From assembly GCA_020060545.1 (NCBI GenBank), contig JAGUZX010000026.1:16788-80787 (forward strand): a stretch of DNA of 64,000 bases, read 5' to 3'. Source of the stretch: Desulfovibrio sp. (GTDB lineage Bacteria > Bacillota > Dethiobacteria > DTU022). Within the stretch, counting starts at the first letter, position 1; every line of letters begins with the position of its first letter. The position numbers and the translations under genes are program-made. Below, one piece after another: positions 1 through 9,347 of the stretch. The notes below the pieces were generated by a model. That model saw only the letters and a list, made by a program, of their open reading frames with translations, ran no database searches and was not told where the DNA came from.

Positions 1-397
1 GGTTACAGCCGGGGAAGCTGAAGCGGTGGAAAATTCGCTTAAATCGCTGGGGCTGACCGTACCCATACCCGAACACCTGATGGATGCCGTAACCGGCTTG
101 AGCGGAACCGGGCCGGCTTACGTATTCCTGTTCATCGAGTCGCTGATCGACAGCGGCGTGATGATGGGATTGAACCGGGATACCGCCACGGCCCTCACCA
201 TCCAGACGGTAATCGGGGCGGCCCGGATGCTCCAGGAAAACGGCGTCCACCCGGCCGAGCTGCGCAACAATGTCACTTCGCCGGGCGGAACCACCTGCGC
301 CGCGATCCAGGTCTTTGAGGAGACCGGCTTCCGGAACAGCCTGATTAAAGCGGTGATCGCCGCGACCCGCCGCGCCGGGGAGCTCAGACGTGACTGA
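1..397 (+). CDS. proC: pyrroline-5-carboxylate reductase, C-terminal part (5' end outside window)
   Basis: ORF track 26..397; translation (…TSPGGTTCAAIQVFEE…) matches ProC C-terminus; frame is open to window start; stop overlaps proB start (GTGACTGA). Confidence 0.8.
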   Translation, partial: VTAGEAEAVENSLKSLGLTVPIPEHLMDAVTGLSGTGPAYVFLFIESLIDSGVMMGLNRDTATALTIQTVIGAARMLQENGVHPAELRNNVTSPGGTTCAAIQVFEETGFRNSLIKAVIAATRRAGELRRD

Positions 398-1523
398 AAA
401 GGCTGATTTAACGGTGGAGGCGCGCCGTGTCGTGGTCAAGGTGGGGACCAGGCTGGTCACCCACGCCACGGGAAAACTTAACCTCGGATATATCGAGCGG
501 CTGGTGCGGGAGCTGGCCGACTTGCGAAACCAGGGGCGCGAGGTGATCCTGGTTTCCTCGGGGGCCATCGGCGCCGGGATGGGCAGGCTGGCCATGGCCC
601 GGCGGCCGGAGACCATCCCCGGCAAACAGGCCGCCGCGGCGGTGGGGCAGGGGCTGTTGATCCAGATTTACGAAAAGTTCTTCTCGGAGTACGGCCTGAT
701 CGTGGCCCAACTGCTCTTGACCCGTTCCGATCTGGTCAGCCGCCGCCGCTACCTGAACGCGGCGAATACCATCCTGACCCTTTTGCAGTGGGGTGTAGTC
801 CCCATCATCAACGAAAATGACACCGTTTCGGTGCAGGAGATCAAGTTCGGGGACAACGACCGGCTTTCCGCCCTGGTGGCGGGGCTTTGCGACGCCAACC
901 TGCTGATTGTGCTGAGCAATATCGACGGCCTCTACGATGCCAATCCGCACAAACATCCCGGCGCCCGGTTGGTCCCGGTGGTAAACGAAATTACCCCCGC
1001 GGTGAAGAGCTGGGGGGAGGACTCGGGAGACGACCTGGCCACGGGAGGCATGATCACCAAGCTGCAGGCCGCCGAAATTGCGGTCAATTCCGGGATCGGG
1101 ATGTATATCGCCAACGGATCCGTGCCGGGGGTGCTGCACCGGATTTTGGGAGGCGAACCGCTGGGGACATACTTTCGCCCCCAGAAATCTTACTTGAGCC
1201 GCCGGAAGCGCTGGATCGCCTACGGCAGAGTGGTGGAGGGCAGCGTGGTTGTCGACGACGGCGCCAAAAGGGCGCTCCGCCAGGAGGGGAAAAGCCTGCT
1301 GCCCGTCGGCGTCCTCACTGTCAACGGGACTTTTGAAAAGGGCGACCTGATTACGGTTATGGACCGCCAGGGCAAAGAGATCGGCCGGGGATTGTGCAGT
1401 TTTTCATCCCGGGAGCTGGAGAAGATCATGCGGCACTCCAGCGCGGAGATTCCGCACCTGATCGGCAGGGAAAGCAGCACTGAGGTTATCCACCGCGACA
1501 ACCTGATTGTTTACGAAATCTAG
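390..1523 (+). CDS. proB: glutamate 5-kinase with C-terminal PUA domain
   Basis: 377 aa; amino-acid kinase fold motifs (VVVKVGT…, LVSSGAIGAG) and PUA-like C-terminus; GTG start overlapping proC stop. Confidence 0.9.
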   Translation: MTEKADLTVEARRVVVKVGTRLVTHATGKLNLGYIERLVRELADLRNQGREVILVSSGAIGAGMGRLAMARRPETIPGKQAAAAVGQGLLIQIYEKFFSEYGLIVAQLLLTRSDLVSRRRYLNAANTILTLLQWGVVPIINENDTVSVQEIKFGDNDRLSALVAGLCDANLLIVLSNIDGLYDANPHKHPGARLVPVVNEITPAVKSWGEDSGDDLATGGMITKLQAAEIAVNSGIGMYIANGSVPGVLHRILGGEPLGTYFRPQKSYLSRRKRWIAYGRVVEGSVVVDDGAKRALRQEGKSLLPVGVLTVNGTFEKGDLITVMDRQGKEIGRGLCSFSSRELEKIMRHSSAEIPHLIGRESSTEVIHRDNLIVYEI

Positions 1524-1551
1524 TTTAAAACAATCCAAATGAAAAGGATGT

Positions 1552-2817
1552 TTGCCGGCGATGCATTCTGAAGTTGTGGCAAAAGCTGAACAGGCCCGCG
1601 CCGCGGCTGAAAGCCTGGCCGCCGCTTCCACCGGCGTCAAGAACCGCGCCCTGAAGTTGATCGCCGCCGCCCTGGAAGCGGAAAGCGAAAGTGTGATTAA
1701 GGCCAACAGCGAGGACCTGGAGCAGCTGAAACAAAAGCCGGGCTACAGCAAGGCTTTTTACGACCGGCTGCTCCTGACCCGGGAACGGATTGCCGGTATG
1801 GCGGAGGGGCTGCGGCAGATCGCAACCCTGGAAGATCCGGTGGGAGAGGTTACCGGGATGTGGCTCCGCCCCAACGGGTTGCAGATCGGCCAGGTCCGGG
1901 TGCCGATCGGCGTGGTGGGGATTATCTACGAAGCGCGGCCCAATGTGACCGTGGATGCCACGGGGTTGACCTTGAAGTCGGGAAACGCCGTGATCCTGCG
2001 CGGCAGCTCGGAAGCGATTCATTCCAACAAGGCCCTGGTCGAAATAATCCGGGAACAGCTGGCGCAGGCGGACCTGCCCCGCGCGGCGGTTTCCCTGATC
2101 GAGGACACCGACCGAACCGCCGCCCAGGCGCTGATGCGTTTAAACGGCCTGGTGGATCTGTTAATCCCGCGCGGCGGGCCGTCGCTGATCAAGACGGTGA
2201 TTGAAAACTCATCCGTGCCGGTGATCCAGACCGGGGCAGGCAACTGCCACATTTATGTCGACGATGGGGCCGACCTGGAGATGGCGGCCAGGATCACCGT
2301 CAACGCCAAGGTGCAGCGGCCGGGAGTGTGCAACGCGGCGGAGACGCTCCTGGTCCACCGGGCCGCCGCTCCAGCATTCCTACCGCTCGTGCTGCCGCGG
2401 CTGCTGTCGGAAGGGGTGGAGATCAGGGGCTGCCCGCGCACGAAAGGATATCATGCGGACGTAGTCCCGGCCGTGGCAGAAGACTGGGAAACGGAATACC
2501 TGGACCTGATCCTGGCGGTGAAAGTGGTGGAGAGCATGGACGAGGCGATCGAACATATCAACCGTTACGGGACGATGCATTCCGAAGCGATCGTGACCCG
2601 CGACTACGCCCGCGCCCGCGAATTTTTAACGCGGGTCGACGCGGCGGCGGTTTACGTAAACGCCTCGACCCGCTTTACCGACGGTTTTGAATTCGGCCTC
2701 GGCGCTGAAATGGGCATCAGCACCCAGAAGCTGCACGCCCGGGGACCGATGGGGCTGCAGGCCCTGACCAGTCTAAAGTATGTGATATATGGCAGCGGGC
2801 AAATCCGTGAAATTTAA
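1552..2817 (+). CDS. proA: gamma-glutamyl phosphate reductase (glutamate-5-semialdehyde dehydrogenase)
   Basis: 421 aa; aldehyde dehydrogenase-family ProA sequence with catalytic Cys context (…GVCNAAETLLVH…); follows proB by 28 bp. Confidence 0.9.
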   Translation: MPAMHSEVVAKAEQARAAAESLAAASTGVKNRALKLIAAALEAESESVIKANSEDLEQLKQKPGYSKAFYDRLLLTRERIAGMAEGLRQIATLEDPVGEVTGMWLRPNGLQIGQVRVPIGVVGIIYEARPNVTVDATGLTLKSGNAVILRGSSEAIHSNKALVEIIREQLAQADLPRAAVSLIEDTDRTAAQALMRLNGLVDLLIPRGGPSLIKTVIENSSVPVIQTGAGNCHIYVDDGADLEMAARITVNAKVQRPGVCNAAETLLVHRAAAPAFLPLVLPRLLSEGVEIRGCPRTKGYHADVVPAVAEDWETEYLDLILAVKVVESMDEAIEHINRYGTMHSEAIVTRDYARAREFLTRVDAAAVYVNASTRFTDGFEFGLGAEMGISTQKLHARGPMGLQALTSLKYVIYGSGQIREI

Positions 2818-2840
2818 AAAAAAGATTAAGGAGGAAACCG

Positions 2841-4013
2841 GTGAAAAGATTTAAAGAAGGGTTGGAAAAAGGCGCGATTATGCTGGTCGATACGACCCTG
2901 CGGGACGGCGAGCAGACGGCGGGGGTGGTTTTTTCGAATCGCGAGAAGCTGCGTATCGCGAAGATGCTGGATAACCTGGGAGTCCACCAGATTGAAGCCG
3001 GCATCCCGATCATGGGCGGCGATGAAAAGCAGGTGATCACCGAGATCGCTTCGTACGGCCTCCAGGCGAGCATCATGGCCTGGAACCGGGCCAGCATCGA
3101 GGATGTAAAGAGTTCCCTGGAGTGCGGTGTCGATGCCGTGGCCATCTCCATCTCCACTTCGGATATCCATATCACGAACAAGCTGCGCACCTCGCGGGAG
3201 TGGGTTCTCGAAAATATGACCCAAGCCGTGGAATTTGCCAAGAAAGCGGGTGTCTATATCTCTCTCAACGCGGAGGACGCTTCCCGCAGCGACATCGATT
3301 ACCTGATCAAGTTTGCCCGGGAGGGCCAGGCCGCCGGCGCGGACCGGCTCCGCTTTTGCGATACCGTGGGAGTGCTGGAGCCTTTCCGGACCTATGAGGT
3401 GGTCAGCCGGATTATCGAGGCGACGGGGATGGAGATCGAGATGCACACGCATAATGATTTCGGCATGGCCACAGCCAACGCCCTGGCCGGGATTAAAGCC
3501 GGTGCGCGCCTGATCGGGGTGACGGTAAACGGTCTCGGTGAAAGGGCGGGCAATGCCGCCCTCGAGGAGGTGGCGATGGCATTGAAGTTTCTCTTCGGGG
3601 TTAACCTGGGGGTAAACACCAAGGATTTCTTGAACCTCTGCGAGTACGTAGCCAGGGCATCGGGCCGGCCGCTCTACCCCAGCAAGCCAATCGTCGGGAC
3701 AAACACCTTCGCCCACGAATCGGGGCTCCACGCCGACGGGGTCCTGAAAAACCCGAATACCTACGAGGTATTCAGCCCCGAGGAAGTGGGACTGACGCGC
3801 CAGATCATCATCGGGAAGCACTCGGGCAGCAAGGCGATTAAGATGAAATTTGAAGAATACGGGATCGATCTTTCCGACGAAGAGGCCGCCGACCTCCTGG
3901 CAGCCGTCCGTAGCCACACCGTGGATATGAAACGGACTTTGTTTGACAAAGAGCTGATGTATATCTACGAAGATTACCTTTACGAAAAGAAAAAGCCGCC
4001 CCGCCTCGGCTGA
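2841..4013 (+). CDS. LeuA/NifV-family (HMGL-like) short synthase, homocitrate/citramalate synthase-like, lacking the LeuA C-terminal regulatory domain
   Basis: 390 aa; LRDGEQ…, HTHNDFGMA, GLGERAGNAALEE motifs of the DRE-TIM metallolyase family; GTG start with GGAGG RBS 23 bp after proA stop. Confidence 0.7.
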   Translation: MKRFKEGLEKGAIMLVDTTLRDGEQTAGVVFSNREKLRIAKMLDNLGVHQIEAGIPIMGGDEKQVITEIASYGLQASIMAWNRASIEDVKSSLECGVDAVAISISTSDIHITNKLRTSREWVLENMTQAVEFAKKAGVYISLNAEDASRSDIDYLIKFAREGQAAGADRLRFCDTVGVLEPFRTYEVVSRIIEATGMEIEMHTHNDFGMATANALAGIKAGARLIGVTVNGLGERAGNAALEEVAMALKFLFGVNLGVNTKDFLNLCEYVARASGRPLYPSKPIVGTNTFAHESGLHADGVLKNPNTYEVFSPEEVGLTRQIIIGKHSGSKAIKMKFEEYGIDLSDEEAADLLAAVRSHTVDMKRTLFDKELMYIYEDYLYEKKKPPRLG

Positions 4014-4035
4014 GTTTCCGGGCTTAAGGATATAC

Positions 4036-4068
4036 CCTGCCCCCTGCCGGGGGCGGGGTTTTTTTTAT
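4036..4068 (+). terminator. rho-independent terminator (10-bp GC stem, T8 tail) ending the pro operon
   Basis: CCCTGCCCCC-tgcc-GGGGGCGGGG followed by TTTTTTTT. Confidence 0.7.
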
Positions 4069-4137
4069 AAAAAAGGTTGAAATTTCAGAGGCAAATGAGG
4101 CAAAATAGAAGAAAAGAATGGTGAAGGAGTGTGCCAA

Positions 4138-4437
4138 ATGGTCCTCGACGAATTTTTTACCGCTACCTTGGGCCTGCTGATGTTCGGCAAGGAAAAAGCC
4201 GAAGAAATTATCGATATCCTGGTGGAAAAAGGGGAGATGCAGCGGAGTGAAGCGCAAAAACTGGTAAACCGCCTGATCGAAAAAGGGAGAGAAGAAAAAG
4301 AGCGTTACCGGGAGCAGTTAAAGCGCAAAATCGCCGACGGGGCCTTGCAGGAGAGGTTCGCCACCAGGGAAGATCTGCAGCGCCTGGAAGGAAAGTTGGA
4401 TGAACTAGCGGCACTGGTCAGAGAAAAGCTGCAGTGA
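4138..4437 (+). CDS. phasin-family / PHA-granule-associated-like coiled-coil protein
   Basis: ATG at 4138 with GAAGGAG RBS 8 nt upstream; 100 aa, strongly charged helical sequence resembling phasin-family proteins; stop overlaps next start (GTGA). Confidence 0.5.
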   Translation: MVLDEFFTATLGLLMFGKEKAEEIIDILVEKGEMQRSEAQKLVNRLIEKGREEKERYREQLKRKIADGALQERFATREDLQRLEGKLDELAALVREKLQ

Positions 4438-6104
4438 AACAGGGCTGGAAACGCTTAAGGCAGCTGCGCTACCTCAAACGTTACCGCCAGATATTACAGG
4501 TCTTAATTAAATACGGTTTTTCTCAGGTCCTGGACCGGTTAAAACTTTACGGCCTCTGGGAACGTTATTTTATCCGCAATAAGCGGGAAGGGCAGGCGCC
4601 GCAAAACCTGGAGGCCCGCTTGCGCATGGCCCTGGAAGAGCTGGGACCTGCTTTTATCAAAGTGGGGCAGCTGCTCAGCACGCGCACGGATCTGCTGCCT
4701 TATGCTTATACAGCAGAACTGGCCCGGCTGCAGGACAACGTACCCCCTTTCCCATCCCTGCAGGCACGCGAAATTCTGGAGACGGAACTGAAGTCCCCCC
4801 TGGAGAATGTTTTCGCCGCTTTTGACATGGAGCCGCTGGCTGCCGCGTCTCTTGGCCAGGTACATCGCGCCGTCCTTGCCGGCGGCCAAGAAGTGGCGAT
4901 TAAAATCAAGCGGCCCGATGTAGAGCTGCTGGTGCATAAAGATCTGGAAATCTTGACTGAACTAGCGGCCGTGGTGGAGCGCAATACCACTCTTGGGACG
5001 GTCTACCAGTTCACCCGGATCGCCGAAGAACTGCGGCAGATTATACTCCGTGAACTCGACTACACCATCGAAGCCCGCAGCGCCCAGCGTTTCCGGCATA
5101 ACTTTACCGGTAACCCAGCCGTCTATATCCCCCGGGTTTACTGGGAGTACACCACCCGCAATATTTTGACGCTCGAGTATAAAGACGGCGTGAACATCAG
5201 CCGCTACCTGCAAAAACCGGCAACCGACCCGCCGCCTCACATCATTGCAGCAGCGCTCGCGGATACATTTTTTAAACAAGTTTTTTTGGACGGTTTTTTT
5301 CACGGCGATCTTCACCCGGGGAATATCGCCATCCTGCCTGACGGTAGGCTCTTTTTCATGGATTTCGGATCGGCCGGCCATATCAGCGAGGAACTGCGAG
5401 GCAAGTTTACCGTGATCATCAGGGCCGTTAAAACGGTCGACACGGCAACGGTAGCCGACGAACTGCTTAGTTTTGCGTTTGCGCCTCCGGTGATCAACCG
5501 GCAGGAGTTGATTCGCGATCTCGGCGTAATCCAGGAGCAGTATTACGATCTGCCGCTGGGCGAGATCAACCTGGCCGGGGTGATCCAGGATCTCATGCGG
5601 GTGGCCGCAAAACATCACCTTCGTTTTCCCTACGAATTTTTACTCCTGGCCAAAGCGACGGTGACCGTGGAAGGAACGATCTCACGCTTAAGCCCGGAGT
5701 TCAACCTCTCCGCAGCGCTGCAGCGCTACGCCCCCGCCTTGCAGAAGAAACAGCTTAAATATGCGCTGCGCCGCCTCAGAGGGAACCTGCGCAGCTACCA
5801 CCGCCTGCTTGAAGAGTTGCCGGAACGGGTGGTGGAAATCTTAAGGGAGACCGCCGCCGGGGAGCTGAAGCTGAAGGTGGAGCTGGCCAAAACTGAGGGC
5901 GCTTTAAAAACGCTGGAAAACATGATCAACCGCCTTTCTTTCAGCATTGTCCTGGCCAGCTTGATCATCGGGTTATTCCAGAACTTGCGGCTGGGGCAGG
6001 CCGCCTGGCTCAGCCGGGTCCCCTTAAGTGAGATCGCCCTCGCGGCCGCCGGCTTCGCCGGATTGTGGTGGCTTTTCGCTATTATCCGCTCCGGAAGACT
6101 ATGA
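4434..6104 (+). CDS. ubiB: ABC1/UbiB-family atypical protein kinase (AarF domain-containing)
   Basis: 556 aa; ABC1 signature (KVGQLLSTRTDLLPYAYTAELARLQDNVPPF), kinase-like HGDLHPGN and DFG, C-terminal TM helix. Confidence 0.8.
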   Translation: MKQGWKRLRQLRYLKRYRQILQVLIKYGFSQVLDRLKLYGLWERYFIRNKREGQAPQNLEARLRMALEELGPAFIKVGQLLSTRTDLLPYAYTAELARLQDNVPPFPSLQAREILETELKSPLENVFAAFDMEPLAAASLGQVHRAVLAGGQEVAIKIKRPDVELLVHKDLEILTELAAVVERNTTLGTVYQFTRIAEELRQIILRELDYTIEARSAQRFRHNFTGNPAVYIPRVYWEYTTRNILTLEYKDGVNISRYLQKPATDPPPHIIAAALADTFFKQVFLDGFFHGDLHPGNIAILPDGRLFFMDFGSAGHISEELRGKFTVIIRAVKTVDTATVADELLSFAFAPPVINRQELIRDLGVIQEQYYDLPLGEINLAGVIQDLMRVAAKHHLRFPYEFLLLAKATVTVEGTISRLSPEFNLSAALQRYAPALQKKQLKYALRRLRGNLRSYHRLLEELPERVVEILRETAAGELKLKVELAKTEGALKTLENMINRLSFSIVLASLIIGLFQNLRLGQAAWLSRVPLSEIALAAAGFAGLWWLFAIIRSGRL

Positions 6105-6138
6105 TAAAATAACAGTTAGGGCCTGGCCCAGTTAAATT

Positions 6139-6174
6139 AATAAGTTAAAGGGCCTGTGACCCCTTTAACTTATT
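6139..6174. terminator. perfect 14-bp-arm palindrome, bidirectional terminator-like
   Basis: AATAAGTTAAAGGG-(8 nt)-CCCTTTAACTTATT immediately after ubiB stop. Confidence 0.5.
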
Positions 6175-6192
6175 GACTAAGAGGTGAGCGGC

Positions 6193-7134
6193 TTGCTGCC
6201 GGAGATATACGGCTGTGTCGATGTGGGAGGGACGAAGATACTGCTCCTGCTGATTGACAGTGAAAGGAGCGTCATTTACAGGGGTAAGTTTGCTACCCCA
6301 TTGAACGCGGCGCCGGAAAAGATGGCGGAGGCTATTTACAGGGCGATTGAGACCGCCCTCACCGCTGCGGGATTGGGAAAAAGTTCGCTGGTTGGAATAG
6401 GCGTATGCATCGCCGGACTGGTGGATTATACCAGTGGTGAAGTCTTTCAGGCTCCCAACCTTGGCTGGCACGAGCCGCTGCCTTTCCGGGATCTGCTGCA
6501 ACGGTTTTGGCCCTGCCCGGTCTACCTGGAGAATGACGCGAACGCCGCGATTATGGGCGAAGTGGCGTACGGCGCGGCCAGGGGGCATCGCGACGCCTTA
6601 TATATTACCATCAGCACGGGTATCGGCGGAGGCCTCTACCTGGACGGGAAGATCTACCGGGGCAGCAGGGGATTTGCCGGTGAGATCGGCCATATCAAGC
6701 CCTTTGGCCAGGGAAGGCGGTGCGGCTGCGGGGGATTTGACTGCCTCGAAGCCTGGGCTTCGGGATTGGCGATCTCCCGCAGCGCGGGACTGATCTGGGA
6801 AGAGAGCGAAGTTGATAACGGCCGCATTTCCACCGCCTGGGTTTTCGACCAGGCGCAGGCCGGGAATGCACTGGCCCGTTCGATCATAACAAACGCCTTG
6901 AACGATATCGGCACCGGCCTGGCCAACCTGGTGACCCTGCTTAACCCTTCCTGCCTGGTAATCGGGGGAGGGGTCGCCGGGAACAGGACCGGGTTTTTGG
7001 ATCAGATCCGCGAAAATATTATCGAGCTCGCCATTGCTCCCGCAATCCAAACCACACCGCTCAAGGTAGCGGCGGCCGAGCTTGAGCCGGAATCGGGAGT
7101 TTGGGGGATGTATGCGCTGATGAGTCATCTTTAA
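6193..7134 (+). CDS. ROK-family sugar kinase (glucokinase-like)
   Basis: N-terminal DVGGTK, ROK zinc motif (GHIKPFGQGRRCGCGGFDCLEAW); likely TTG start at 6193 after AAGAGGTGAG RBS (ORF track start 6184 GTG). Confidence 0.75.
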   Translation: MLPEIYGCVDVGGTKILLLLIDSERSVIYRGKFATPLNAAPEKMAEAIYRAIETALTAAGLGKSSLVGIGVCIAGLVDYTSGEVFQAPNLGWHEPLPFRDLLQRFWPCPVYLENDANAAIMGEVAYGAARGHRDALYITISTGIGGGLYLDGKIYRGSRGFAGEIGHIKPFGQGRRCGCGGFDCLEAWASGLAISRSAGLIWEESEVDNGRISTAWVFDQAQAGNALARSIITNALNDIGTGLANLVTLLNPSCLVIGGGVAGNRTGFLDQIRENIIELAIAPAIQTTPLKVAAAELEPESGVWGMYALMSHL

Positions 7135-7156
7135 GTTAGGGAACGGTACATAGCGG

Positions 7157-7894
7157 ATGGAAATAATCGAGTTTTTAAGACAGACCAGTGAACTGTTGGG
7201 ACAGGTTGTTGAAAGATACGGCCCCCTGGGTGTGGCGGTGGCCATGTTTGCCGAAAGCGCCGGGGTCCCGTTTGCTTCGGCGGCGGTTGTGTTTGCCGCG
7301 GGCAGTATGATCTTCAGCGGCAAGGTTTCGTTCTGGTCGATCTTATTATCCTCTACGGCCGGCATTACCCTGGGCAGCGTTTTCAGTTATACCCTCGGTT
7401 TTATGAGCAGCTCCGCCGGACGGTTGATCAAAAAAAAGATATCCAAACGGCTGCAGAAAAAGCCGCGGCAACCCAAAAGGCACAGCCGCCCGTCAAAGGT
7501 TTATACTCTCTGGGAAAGATACGGCAGCTTTTCCGTCTTTATGGCCCAATTTTGGGGTGTGACCAGGACCTTTATCTCTTTTCCCGCCGGGGCCATGCAC
7601 ATGAACATCCTCGTTTTTATCGTTTACACCGCCCTGGGAGGGGCCCTTTTCAGCCTGGGGGCGATCGGGTTCAGCATCGTTTTTACCGGCGCCATGGGCT
7701 TAATCTTGAAACTGGCGGCCTTGTTTCTGGCACAGCCCCCGTGGGTTTGGGCCTGTGCCCTGATTATTCTGGCTGTCCTGGCGTATCTCTGCCGCTGCCT
7801 GGGTTGGAAGGCTAGCCCCGCATTCTTTTTCTGTAAAAAGGGCGGGGAGCCTCCCCGCAAAGACGACCCCGGGGACGACTCGCATGCAAGTTAA
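7157..7894 (+). CDS. DedA/SNARE-associated family membrane protein with basic C-terminal extension
   Basis: 245 aa, multi-TM, DedA-like core (…GVPFASAAVVFAAGS…). Confidence 0.65.
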   Translation: MEIIEFLRQTSELLGQVVERYGPLGVAVAMFAESAGVPFASAAVVFAAGSMIFSGKVSFWSILLSSTAGITLGSVFSYTLGFMSSSAGRLIKKKISKRLQKKPRQPKRHSRPSKVYTLWERYGSFSVFMAQFWGVTRTFISFPAGAMHMNILVFIVYTALGGALFSLGAIGFSIVFTGAMGLILKLAALFLAQPPWVWACALIILAVLAYLCRCLGWKASPAFFFCKKGGEPPRKDDPGDDSHAS

Positions 7895-9216
7895 ACTTTC
7901 CGGGCCAGGTGAAAGATAAACAAACAGTCCAGGAGCGCAATCAGCGTAAAAGCGATGGTGTAGCCGCAGATAACTCCTTTGATGCCCCACCCGGGAAGAG
8001 CGGTCAGGCCGTAAATAATGCTTAAGCTGATCACCGTGCCGGCCAGGTCATTGGCCACGGCGATGCCGGGGCGACCCATACCGTGCAAGATGGCGGCCGT
8101 GGTAAACTGCAGGTAGGCGAAAGGAGCCACCGGCGCCAGTGAGGCCACCAGGTAAGCCGATGCCGTGCTGCCGTAGAGGGCGCCAGCCAGTACCGGGGCA
8201 AAATAGTGGAGTACAGCGGCGGACGCGGCTCCCACGGCCATGGTGCCCCACAAGGAAAGGCTGAGCAGCCGATCCAGGCGGTTTCTCAAACGAAGAGCCA
8301 CGGCGCCGGCAACGGCGGGCACCAGGGTGGTGTTCAGGGGGATCACAAATACAGTAGGCAGAAAAAGCAGAGGCATTGCCATCCCCGAAAGCTGCCCAAA
8401 AAGGGTGGTAGCCTGTGAAGCCGAATAACCTGCCGCCTGAAGGCGGTAAGGGATCATCAGCGATTCTACGGTTTGCGTAATCGAGGTGCTCAGACGGATA
8501 ACCAGGATTGGCAGCGAAAGCAGGCACATTTCATTTATCATCAGCCGTGAGATTTTTCCCGGAAAGAATAACGTTTTTTTCCCGGGCGTAAGAGTTAAGA
8601 GGATTCCGAAACAGGCGATTTCACCGGCGATTATACCGGCTACGATGCCAATGAGGGCATATTCCAGCCCCCGGGGCAGAAGCCAGAACACCGCGGCGAG
8701 CCCAAGAGAGACGCGGATCACCTGCTCGCCTATCTGAGACAGCGCCGTGGGAGCCATATTGCTCTGCCCCTGGAAATAACTGCGTAAAATGGAAGAGAGG
8801 GCGGCAAACAGGAATGCCGCCGGCATGAGGCGCAGGGAAGAGAAAATCCGGCGGTCGGGGATCAGATCTAGGGGCAGCGACAGCACCGCCCAGAGAATCG
8901 CGGCGCCGGCCAGGGATGAAGCAAGGACATAGCCCAGAGATAGACTGCGAATCTGCAATTGACCCTTGAGATCACCCCGGGCATGACGGTCGGCAACCAT
9001 TTTGGTTACCGCGCCCGGCAAGCCCAGGCCGGCGATAACGGCTAGAAGCGCATACACCGGCAAAATCATCTGGAACAGCCCCAAACCCTCGGCCCCGATG
9101 GCACGGGAAAGAACTATCCGGTTACCCAGGCCGATAATGCGGGTAAAAATGCCGGCTACCGCCAGCTGGGCGGTGCCTTTGAGGAGAGCACTTTGACGGT
9201 TTAGTTTGAGCTTCAT
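7891..9216 (-). CDS. MOP-superfamily polysaccharide biosynthesis protein / SpoVB-like flippase
   Basis: Start trimmed to MKLKLNRQSALLKG… (ATG at 9216); about 12 TM; polysaccharide-biosynthesis/MurJ-SpoVB-like N-terminal motif. Confidence 0.65.
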   Translation of the reverse strand: MKLKLNRQSALLKGTAQLAVAGIFTRIIGLGNRIVLSRAIGAEGLGLFQMILPVYALLAVIAGLGLPGAVTKMVADRHARGDLKGQLQIRSLSLGYVLASSLAGAAILWAVLSLPLDLIPDRRIFSSLRLMPAAFLFAALSSILRSYFQGQSNMAPTALSQIGEQVIRVSLGLAAVFWLLPRGLEYALIGIVAGIIAGEIACFGILLTLTPGKKTLFFPGKISRLMINEMCLLSLPILVIRLSTSITQTVESLMIPYRLQAAGYSASQATTLFGQLSGMAMPLLFLPTVFVIPLNTTLVPAVAGAVALRLRNRLDRLLSLSLWGTMAVGAASAAVLHYFAPVLAGALYGSTASAYLVASLAPVAPFAYLQFTTAAILHGMGRPGIAVANDLAGTVISLSIIYGLTALPGWGIKGVICGYTIAFTLIALLDCLFIFHLARKV

Positions 9217-9284
9217 CTCTTTACATTCTATGCGCCGATCGAACCCTGAAGAAGAGTTGCCATGACCGCCGTTAAGTTCCCGGC

Positions 9285-9312
9285 TTGACAAAACGGCCAC
9301 CGGTAATACAAT
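9285..9312 (+). promoter_or_regulatory. sigma-A-like promoter for DUF362 gene
   Basis: TTGACA-16 nt-TACAAT about 35 bp upstream of ATG 9348. Confidence 0.4.
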
Positions 9313-9347
9313 GGTGATTAGCAGGCGCAAAGGGGGGTCCGGCCGGT

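Noticed and set aside
408-1139. 243-aa ORF on minus strand inside proB
   Set aside because: Antisense to a well-supported conserved gene; high-GC genomes generate long spurious antisense ORFs; no motif or RBS.
2826-3917. 363-aa minus-strand ORF antisense to the LeuA-family synthase
   Set aside because: Completely embedded in a confidently identified + strand CDS; no recognisable domain.
6598-7365. 255-aa minus-strand ORF overlapping ROK kinase and DedA
   Set aside because: Spans two real genes and their intergenic region; composition-driven artifact.
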